A stretch of DNA of 64,000 nt from Candidatus Omnitrophota bacterium. GTDB lineage: Bacteria > Omnitrophota > Gorgyraeia > Gygaellales > Profunditerraquicolaceae. The DNA is taken from contig JBAZKK010000001.1 of NCBI GenBank assembly GCA_041650795.1, forward strand, positions 10,608 through 74,607, written 5' to 3'. The notes beneath the pieces were generated by a model, which saw nothing but the letters and a program-made list of their open reading frames with translations, ran no database searches and was not told the origin of the DNA. Every line of letters starts with the position of its first letter. Positions within the stretch are counted from its first letter, which is position 1. The translations under genes were made by a program, and so were the position numbers. Below are positions 19,961-27,381 of the stretch, piece after piece.

Positions 19961-20938
19961 ATGAATATAACTATAACTACTTATTGTAATTTGAAGTGCC
20001 CCTATTGTTTTGCCGCGGACTTATGGAAGGCATCTGGTAGCAGGAAATGCGATAGGGAAATAAGCCAGAGGAATTTGAGCAAGGTCATAAAATTCATGAA
20101 AAAATCAGGTCATGGTACTTTCCGTATCTTTGGCGGAGAGCCTACCTTGCACAGCAGGTTCGAAGAGGTCTATAACACAATTTCAAAAAATAACTTTTCT
20201 ACCGTGATTTTCTCAAACGGAGTTATACCCCGTCAGAGGATTGAATTCCTGAAGGCGCAACCTAATCTGCGACAAATCGTTGTTAATACGCAGCACCCCA
20301 GTGATTATAGGCCCTACCAATATGAACAATTTAAATTCAGTCTATTGCGTTTAGGCAGCCTCATAACCTTAGGATTCGTCGTTTACAAGACCAACTTTGA
20401 TAGTACCTTTATTGTCGATTTGATAGAAAGATACGGTCTGAATAGAAAGGTTAAGGTATCCATAGCAGCGCCTCTGTGCGGGGGCAAGAATAGTTACATT
20501 GAACTCAAAGACCATAAAAAGGTAATCAAAAGATTGGTCAGACAGTCCAGCGTATTCAAGCGGCATGGTATCAGATGGTATCCCGATACTACGTTTATGT
20601 GGTGCCTGTTTACGCAGGGACAATTAGCTGAATTATACGATAATGTGAGATTCAGCCCCATTAACTTGTGCACCCCCGTATTAGAGGTGGCCCCGAACCT
20701 GAGCGTCTATCGCTGTTATGGTGCGGCAAGCCTGAGTAACCCAAAACTAAAAATAACGGACTTCGGAAACGAAAAAGAGGCTTTCGGGTATTTCGCCAGA
20801 AAGGAAGCCCCTTTTAAGACGCTTGGAGTTTTTGCGAAATGTTTCAGATGCGATATGCGGGGACAAGCCTGCGGGGCAGGATGTATAGTGCACATATTGC
20901 AGTCCCTGCCTAAAAAGGATTACGGCTACATTTATTAG
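19961..20938 (+). CDS. radical SAM protein with C-terminal SPASM/twitch-like Cys cluster
   Basis: CxxxCxxC starts at residue 9 (YCNLKCPYCFA). C-terminal CFRCDMRGQACGAGC (C-x2-C-x6-C-x3-C). More AT-rich than its neighbours. Confidence 0.8.
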   Translation: MNITITTYCNLKCPYCFAADLWKASGSRKCDREISQRNLSKVIKFMKKSGHGTFRIFGGEPTLHSRFEEVYNTISKNNFSTVIFSNGVIPRQRIEFLKAQPNLRQIVVNTQHPSDYRPYQYEQFKFSLLRLGSLITLGFVVYKTNFDSTFIVDLIERYGLNRKVKVSIAAPLCGGKNSYIELKDHKKVIKRLVRQSSVFKRHGIRWYPDTTFMWCLFTQGQLAELYDNVRFSPINLCTPVLEVAPNLSVYRCYGAASLSNPKLKITDFGNEKEAFGYFARKEAPFKTLGVFAKCFRCDMRGQACGAGCIVHILQSLPKKDYGYIY

Positions 20939-20948
20939 CAATAATAAG

Positions 20949-23855
20949 ATGGATATGCTTGAAGGATTAAATAAAGAACAGGAGAAGGCGGTCACCCACC
21001 GCCAGGGGCACCTTCTTATTATTGCCGGAGCAGGCACGGGCAAGACTACAGTTATTACCAGGAGGGTTGCCTGGCTCTTATCGCAGGGCCTGGCGCGCAC
21101 CAGCGAAATCCTGGCGCTTACCTTTACTGACAAGGCAGCGCTGGATATGCTGGAGCGGGTAGATATACTGGTTCCGTACGGCTACACGGATATCTGGGTA
21201 TCTACGTTTCATGCCTTTGGCGACAGGATCTTGCGCGAGAATGCCCTGGTTGCGGGGCTTGACCCGGATTTCAAGGTTTTGACCAGGCCTGAGGCTGCGG
21301 TGTTCTTCAGGGAGCACCTTTTCGAATTCGACCTCTCTTATTACCGGCCTTTATCCGAACCCACACGTTTTATCGAAGCCCTGATTTCGGTTTTTAGCCG
21401 CGCCAAGGATGAGGATATTTCTCCACAGGACTATCTGGAATATGCCCGCCAGCTCAGTATCAGGGCAAGCCAGAATAACGATCCTGCTTTGCAGGAAGAA
21501 GCGCGTCAGCAGATGGAGGTAGCCCTGGCCTACAGCAGATTCCAGGAACTATTTGCCAGGCACGGGGTAGTGGATTTCGGAAATCAGTTCTACCTGGCGC
21601 TCGGGCTCTTACGGGAGCACCCCCTGGTTCTAAAAAGATATCAGGAGCAGTTTAAATATATACTCGTAGATGAATTCCAGGATACCAATTTTGCCCAGTT
21701 CCAGCTGGTGAAATTGCTGGCAGGCGCCACTGGCAATATCACGGTTGTTGCTGATGACGACCAATGCATTTACAGGTGGCGCGGCGCCGCCTACAGCAAT
21801 GTGATGAACTTTACCGAGAGCTTCCCGCAGGCAGACAGGATTAGCCTTATCAAAAACTATCGCTCCACCCAGGCTATCTTAGACAGCGCCTACCGCCTGA
21901 TTCAGAATAATAATCCCGAGCGCTTTGAGGTCAAGGCCGGCATCAATAAAAAGCTGGTCAGCGCCGATAAGGTTAAGGGGAAGCCGCCGCGGCATTTACA
22001 TTTCGACACGAATTCGGCGGAGGCGGACTGGGTGGCCGGTACTATCCAGAGCAAGGTTAAGGTCGGCGAGCTTAAATACCGGGATTTTGCAATCCTGGTG
22101 CGCTCCAATTCAGATGCCAAGGCATACCTGCAGGCCCTTAACATGCAGGGTCTCCCCTGGCAGTTCAGCGGCAATCAGGGGCTCTATTCCCGCGAGGAGG
22201 TAAAACTCTGCATCAGTTTTCTGCGCGCCCTGGCAAACCAGTCTGATTCCTTAAGCCTGTATTATCTGGCGACGAGCGAGGTATATTCGCTTGACCTCTC
22301 GGATGTAGGGCTGTGCATGCATTATGCCAGGCGCAGCAATAAATCGCTTTATGCGGTATTCGAAAACCTGGAGAATATAACGGAATTAGCAGGGATAAAA
22401 GAGTCCTCACGCAAAAAGATTAAAGGCATCCTGGAGGACCTTGGCAGATTCCTTAAGTTTTCGCGGCAGGAAACCACTGGCAGGCTCTTGTACAGCTTCC
22501 TGACCGACACCGGCTACCTCAAGAAGTTCACCAGGGATATGGACCTCGAGAAGGAAGGCAAGATCCAGAACGTTGCTAAGTTTTTCAATATCGTGCGTGA
22601 CTTTGAGCTGGTGGCAAAAGAAGACCGGGTGATTAATTTTATAGGTTACCTTGATCTTCTGATTGAAGCGGGGGACGACCCCGAGACCGCCGAGAGCGAC
22701 CCGAACGCAGACCTGGTAAACGTCCTTACCATCCATAAGGCCAAGGGGCTGGAGTTCAAAACGGTTTTCTTGGTTAGTTTGGTAAACGCTAAATTCCCCG
22801 TTTCGCACCGTAGGCAGTCCCTCGAACTCCCGGACGCCCTTATAAAAGAGATACTGCCGGAAGGGGATTTTCACACCCAGGAGGAACGCCGCCTCTTTTA
22901 TGTCGGGATGACCCGCGCCAAGGAAGAGCTCTATTTTACCTCTGCCGCGGATTACGGAGGGGCGCGCACCCGCCGCGTGAGTCAATTTGTATCCGAGGCC
23001 ATCGGACAAGAAAACAAAGATAAGGAAGGACAAAAGAGAAACGTGCTTGAAGCAATTCAGAGATTTGCGCCGAAGAAGGATTCGGTTAAACCAGTTCTCG
23101 CACCCATCGCCGAAGACAAAATCTTGGCCCTCAGCTTCTATCAGGTTGACGATTATATCACCTGTCCCTTAAAATACAAATATGTGCATATCCTGCGTGT
23201 GCCTATTATGGAGCACCACACCGTTATCTACGGCCGCGCCATGCATGAAGCGGTAACCAGATATTTTCAGTTTAAGATGGCAGACAGGAGGATGCAGCTG
23301 GGGGAGCTCCTGGAGGCATTCCGGCTCAATTTTGACCCGCGGGGTTTTATCAGCGAAAAACACCAGGAAGAGCGTTTCCGCATCGGACAGGAGGCGCTGG
23401 CGCGTTTTTACAATGCGGAGGAGAGGCGCAACTCCAAACCTCTATACATTGAAAAGGATTTTTCTTTTATGCTGGACAATAATAAAATCCGCGGCCGTTT
23501 TGACCGTATTGATAAAGATGATGACGGCGCGGTTATTATGGATTTTAAGACCTCTGAACTTAACAGGCAGGAGGATGCTGATAAACGCACCCGGGAGAGT
23601 CTCCAGTTGAGCATCTACGCCCTGGCCTATCAGAATATCTTCGGTGAGCTTCCGAAACTCGTACAGTTGTATTTCCTGGAGTCCGGCTTAATCGGAAGCG
23701 CTGAGAGAAATGAAAAAGACCTCCAGAAGCTCAAGGGCAAAATCAGTGATGTAGCCTGCGGCATCCGCAGCCGCGCCTTTGAGGCCAAGCCGGAATATAT
23801 GGCATGCAGGTACTGCGCCTACAACCAGATCTGCCCTTCGGCGATTGTAAGATGA
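20949..23855 (+). CDS. UvrD/PcrA-like superfamily-1 helicase fused to a C-terminal PD-(D/E)XK (AddB/Cas4-type, Fe-S) nuclease domain
   Basis: Walker A AGAGTGKTT, motif II VDEFQDTN, TIHKAKGLEF and VGMTRAK. C-terminal FDRIDKDDDGAVIMDFKTSE and QLSIYALAY. Cys set: C in YITCPLKY plus CRYCAYNQIC. Confidence 0.85.
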   Translation: MDMLEGLNKEQEKAVTHRQGHLLIIAGAGTGKTTVITRRVAWLLSQGLARTSEILALTFTDKAALDMLERVDILVPYGYTDIWVSTFHAFGDRILRENALVAGLDPDFKVLTRPEAAVFFREHLFEFDLSYYRPLSEPTRFIEALISVFSRAKDEDISPQDYLEYARQLSIRASQNNDPALQEEARQQMEVALAYSRFQELFARHGVVDFGNQFYLALGLLREHPLVLKRYQEQFKYILVDEFQDTNFAQFQLVKLLAGATGNITVVADDDQCIYRWRGAAYSNVMNFTESFPQADRISLIKNYRSTQAILDSAYRLIQNNNPERFEVKAGINKKLVSADKVKGKPPRHLHFDTNSAEADWVAGTIQSKVKVGELKYRDFAILVRSNSDAKAYLQALNMQGLPWQFSGNQGLYSREEVKLCISFLRALANQSDSLSLYYLATSEVYSLDLSDVGLCMHYARRSNKSLYAVFENLENITELAGIKESSRKKIKGILEDLGRFLKFSRQETTGRLLYSFLTDTGYLKKFTRDMDLEKEGKIQNVAKFFNIVRDFELVAKEDRVINFIGYLDLLIEAGDDPETAESDPNADLVNVLTIHKAKGLEFKTVFLVSLVNAKFPVSHRRQSLELPDALIKEILPEGDFHTQEERRLFYVGMTRAKEELYFTSAADYGGARTRRVSQFVSEAIGQENKDKEGQKRNVLEAIQRFAPKKDSVKPVLAPIAEDKILALSFYQVDDYITCPLKYKYVHILRVPIMEHHTVIYGRAMHEAVTRYFQFKMADRRMQLGELLEAFRLNFDPRGFISEKHQEERFRIGQEALARFYNAEERRNSKPLYIEKDFSFMLDNNKIRGRFDRIDKDDDGAVIMDFKTSELNRQEDADKRTRESLQLSIYALAYQNIFGELPKLVQLYFLESGLIGSAERNEKDLQKLKGKISDVACGIRSRAFEAKPEYMACRYCAYNQICPSAIVR

Positions 23856-23859
23856 AGTC

Positions 23860-25047
23860 ATGACTAATTTTGGCCCCTGGAAATCAATTTCCCCTGAGGC
23901 AAAATTATCTCTTCTCATAGCAAAGGCCTTAGTCAGCGATACTAAGGCCGGAGCCATCGAAGAATTCCTGAATCAGGAGCAGCTGGACTGGTATAAATTC
24001 AATAAAATTATCACCTGTCATGAATTATCGCCTTCCGCTTATATTTTCCTAAAAAAATACCCCGAGTTTATCCACCAGGATGAATTAAAATTATTAGAGC
24101 GGCATTTCTACGCTAATTTGCTACACTTAAACTTAATACAGCAGGAATTGATGAAAATCCTGCAGAGTTTTCAAGAGGAAAATATTATAGCACTACCTTT
24201 AAAAGGAGCGCATTTTCTTCTGGATACCAGTATCTATAGGGATAAGGCCTATTTAAGGCCGATGATAGATATTGATATTCTACTTAAGAAAGAAACCTAC
24301 CATCAAGCACAAAATATTTTAGAATCGCAAGGGTATAAAATGGAATTAAAGGGCAACAGGGAAGAATACTGGCTGAATAAAAATTGCAATATGGCCTTTA
24401 TTAAGATGCTCCAGGATAACTGTAGTTATATCGTAGAACTACACTGGGCCCTGGATTATCCAAGAGGCATCCGTTTACTTCCGCATCTCTGGAGTAGAAT
24501 AAAGAGAATAGAAGTAGAAGGGAATAACATTTATCTTTCTTCTCCGGAAGATGCTTTTTTTAGCCTAATCCTGCATCAGCGCCGCTTCGGAAATGCCCTT
24601 CCCCTCAAAAGGGCTTGCGACGCAGCAATATTATTGACCAGATACAAGGGGGAGCTGGATTGGGATTATATGATAGAAGAGGCAGCAAGAGGAAAGATGC
24701 GCACCATCCTTTATTTTGCACTCTCGCAGATAGAGACCCTGTTCGATATTAAAATCCCGCCTTCGGTCTTGAAAATATCAGGAGTCCCGGATTATAAAAA
24801 GAAATTAATCAGAAACCTTCTCTTGCGGGATACTTTTAAGTATAGTCTGAATTTAAACAGCGTTTATCTCAAAGCTCACTTTTTTCTTTATGATGATTTC
24901 AGGGAACCGGTAAAATCCATTTTGAATATTCCGCAAGAGCAGTTTGCTAAATTCTATAATTTAAAACCATACACCGCTAAAACAGATTTATTGTATAGAT
25001 GGCGCTACCTCCGTTATTTAAAAACCCTGATATTAAATAAATATTAA
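23860..25047 (+). CDS. NTP_transf_5-type (uncharacterised) nucleotidyltransferase family protein
   Basis: LPLKGAHFLLDTSIYRDKAYLRPMIDIDILLKKE matches the G...R..DxD nucleotidyltransferase core of this family. 395 aa and AT-rich. Confidence 0.7.
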   Translation: MTNFGPWKSISPEAKLSLLIAKALVSDTKAGAIEEFLNQEQLDWYKFNKIITCHELSPSAYIFLKKYPEFIHQDELKLLERHFYANLLHLNLIQQELMKILQSFQEENIIALPLKGAHFLLDTSIYRDKAYLRPMIDIDILLKKETYHQAQNILESQGYKMELKGNREEYWLNKNCNMAFIKMLQDNCSYIVELHWALDYPRGIRLLPHLWSRIKRIEVEGNNIYLSSPEDAFFSLILHQRRFGNALPLKRACDAAILLTRYKGELDWDYMIEEAARGKMRTILYFALSQIETLFDIKIPPSVLKISGVPDYKKKLIRNLLLRDTFKYSLNLNSVYLKAHFFLYDDFREPVKSILNIPQEQFAKFYNLKPYTAKTDLLYRWRYLRYLKTLILNKY

Positions 25048-25112
25048 ATAATGTATCAAACCATTTTCATTATTAAAACCCCTTAATTTCTATATCCCAA
25101 TATAACAATATA

Positions 25113-25121
25113 TGGTAAAAT
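25113..25121 (+). promoter_or_regulatory. putative extended -10 promoter element (TGgTAAAAT) upstream of the precursor ORF
   Basis: TG at 25113-25114 and TAAAAT at 25116-25121 in a very AT-rich 110-nt intergenic gap. There is no good -35. Confidence 0.35.
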
Positions 25122-25159
25122 ACTTTTTATAATAGGGAAAATCAGACAAGGAGGTGGAC

Positions 25160-25348
25160 ATGAAAAAGAGAAAGTGGAGCCGTCCTAAATTAATAATCTT
25201 GGTTCGCAATAACCCCGAAGAGGCGATATTATTAGGTTGCCTCTCTTGCAACTGGTGTAGTTTTAAACCAGGGCCCAGTCAAAATATAGCAGATTGCGAC
25301 CCTACTGAAACATGCAATTCAGCCTGTTCGAGGCAGACGGATACCTAA
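25160..25348 (+). CDS. candidate RiPP precursor peptide, 62 aa, six Cys
   Basis: AAGGAGG RBS lies 5 nt before ATG 25160. Translation is MKKRKWSRPKLIILVRNNPEEAILLGCLSCNWCSFKPGPSQNIADCDPTETCNSACSRQTDT. It sits immediately upstream of the modification genes. Confidence 0.6.
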   Translation: MKKRKWSRPKLIILVRNNPEEAILLGCLSCNWCSFKPGPSQNIADCDPTETCNSACSRQTDT

Positions 25349-25384
25349 TTTTTTGCAATCCAGTTAGCAATAAAATTCCCCCCG

Positions 25385-26443
25385 GTGTTAAAAATAACAG
25401 TGCCATTTAAAATGTCATCGGAAGTACTCCCTCTTATTGAAGAAGGGGCAGATGAGCTGTATTGCGGCTATCTTCCCGCAGAATGGGAAAAGAAATATAC
25501 TAACCTAGAGTTTGAGCGTAAGGGGGGAAGCAGCAATTTTACTAATATTAACGAGTTAAGGCTTGCCATAAAATTAGCCCATAGAAAAAATGTACCGGTA
25601 TTCGTTGCCTTAAACGGATTATATATCAGTGAACAGTACAGGATGTTATTGGATATAATTAATAGCCTTAACCGTATAGGCATAGACGGCTATATTGTAG
25701 CTGACCTTGGACTGCTACTTACTTTAAAGGGGCTAGGTTTTAATAAAGAAATACATATTTCTACCGGCGGGGCAGTATTCAACCAGGAGGCGGTTGATTT
25801 TTATAATAGATTAGGCGCCAAGCGTATAATCTTAGACCGGCAAACTAGCCTGGAGACAATAGATGCCCTATCATCTTATTATCCTAGAATGGAGTTCGAG
25901 GTATTTATCCTTAATACACTTTGTGTGTATATAGACGGCTTGTGCACCTTTATGCATAGCCCGCTGGATATGGCCAAGGATAGGCATAGCATGGCTGGAA
26001 GAAGCACAAATGTTTATACGACATATGACATAAACGCATATAAGGAAGCGTGTTCCCTGAAGTATTCTGTCAAGTCCTGCGATATATCGGGGAGGGGGCT
26101 GCAGCAGGCAAAGAAAATAGCGCCGGTATTCCATAAGCCCTTAACAGACGGCGTAGAATGTAATGCCTGTTCGCTGTATTATTTGAACAAGATGAATATC
26201 AAGGCAGCCAAGATAGTAGGCAGGCAATTGAGCGCACAGGCCAGGTTGAAGAGCATAAGGTTTATACGGGCCGTTTTAGATATACTTGATAGTAACAAAG
26301 GCATAAGCAAGAGAGACTTTATGCTCAAGACAAAGCGGTTATATCGTAACAGTTTTAACTATCATAAGCTATGCGAAGGGAACAATTGCTATCATCCCGA
26401 AGTGTTAAGATATGGAAAAGGCCATTTTAATCAACAGTCTTAG
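25385..26443 (+). CDS. peptidase U32 family protein (UbiU/RlhA/TrhP-type fold), long paralog
   Basis: N-terminal ...EEGADELYCGY and NVPVFVALNG...IDGYIVADLGLL layout. EFEVFILNTLCVYIDGLCTFMHS nearly matches the U32 signature E-x-F-x2-G-[SA]-[LIVM]-C-x4-G-x-C (recalled from memory). Confidence 0.78.
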   Translation: MLKITVPFKMSSEVLPLIEEGADELYCGYLPAEWEKKYTNLEFERKGGSSNFTNINELRLAIKLAHRKNVPVFVALNGLYISEQYRMLLDIINSLNRIGIDGYIVADLGLLLTLKGLGFNKEIHISTGGAVFNQEAVDFYNRLGAKRIILDRQTSLETIDALSSYYPRMEFEVFILNTLCVYIDGLCTFMHSPLDMAKDRHSMAGRSTNVYTTYDINAYKEACSLKYSVKSCDISGRGLQQAKKIAPVFHKPLTDGVECNACSLYYLNKMNIKAAKIVGRQLSAQARLKSIRFIRAVLDILDSNKGISKRDFMLKTKRLYRNSFNYHKLCEGNNCYHPEVLRYGKGHFNQQS

Positions 26444-27278
26444 CCAGCTGCGTGCGGTTAACAAGCAATACCGGCGGATCTACTACGGGGTTGAATTCTG
26501 CGAAAGATTAATGCCTACGCCTTACGATTTGTCTAAGGTCACAGATTTTATTCTAAGGAATAATTTAAAACTTTCCTTAGTAACTCCATATGTCACGCCC
26601 AGGGGGTTAGAAAATGCCGTTGCATTATTCGATTTTTTGAATTCGAGAAGATTACAACCAGAGGTTATCATCAACGATTGGGGGGTATTGAATGTATTGC
26701 GTCGTAAATACAAAAATCTTATCCCGGTATTAGGAAGGTTGCTTAATAAGCAAAAGAGGGGCCCTACCTTAATCACTTTGTTAAAGGAAAGAAAAAACTC
26801 CAGCCCTGTTTATCTATACGATCCCAAGCGGCGCAGCATTGTTTATCAGAATAAATTGCCAAAGGGCATTGAATATTATTATAAAACTTCAAATGTCCTC
26901 AGCATGCCGATTATCCAGGATTTTTTATATAATTTAGACATCAAAAGGATAGAATTGGATAATGTCGGTCAGGGTTTCCTGTCGGATTTGCCAAAGGGAA
27001 AGATTTCCGCATCGGTTTATGTCCCCTTTGTCTATATCACGACTACTTTCTACTGCCCTAGTGCCGGATGCGAGGATAATAATACCGCGTCTTTGAAGTT
27101 GAAGCCTTGCCATAAAGAATGCCAGAAATATATATTTAAATTGCGACATCCTGCGATGCCAAAGGTTATTTACCTAAAAGGTAATACCCAATTCTATAAA
27201 AATAGGTATTTATCTATAAACATGCTTAAGAGAGCGGGAGTCAATAGGGTTGTTTATGAACCGCGAGTACCGTCATAA
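26412..27278 (+). CDS. divergent peptidase U32 family protein, short paralog
   Basis: Layout RRIYYGVEFCERL...KLSLVTPYV...EVIINDWGVLNVL parallels the N-terminal half of U32 proteins. Cys pairs CPSAGC and CHKEC. Overlaps the preceding U32 gene by 32 nt. Confidence 0.62.
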   Translation: MEKAILINSLSQLRAVNKQYRRIYYGVEFCERLMPTPYDLSKVTDFILRNNLKLSLVTPYVTPRGLENAVALFDFLNSRRLQPEVIINDWGVLNVLRRKYKNLIPVLGRLLNKQKRGPTLITLLKERKNSSPVYLYDPKRRSIVYQNKLPKGIEYYYKTSNVLSMPIIQDFLYNLDIKRIELDNVGQGFLSDLPKGKISASVYVPFVYITTTFYCPSAGCEDNNTASLKLKPCHKECQKYIFKLRHPAMPKVIYLKGNTQFYKNRYLSINMLKRAGVNRVVYEPRVPS

Positions 27279-27381
27279 ATGGCAGTATCTTGGTGGCGGC
27301 GATGCTGGATAATCTCCAGGCGCAGCCCCCATTTATTATCAACAATCTGGTAATTTTTAGGTATACCAGAAACCCTTTGTT

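Noticed and set aside
19961-20938. Possible prokaryotic viperin (pVip) because of the N-terminal CNxxCxYCF motif next to a helicase-nuclease
   Set aside because: That motif is generic to radical SAM enzymes. The protein has a SPASM/twitch-like C-terminal Cys cluster that viperins lack, and none of the viperin C-terminal nucleotide-binding features are recognisable by eye.
22407-23033. 208-aa - strand ORF inside the helicase-nuclease gene
   Set aside because: It is antisense to conserved SF1 helicase motifs V and VI and has no independent support.
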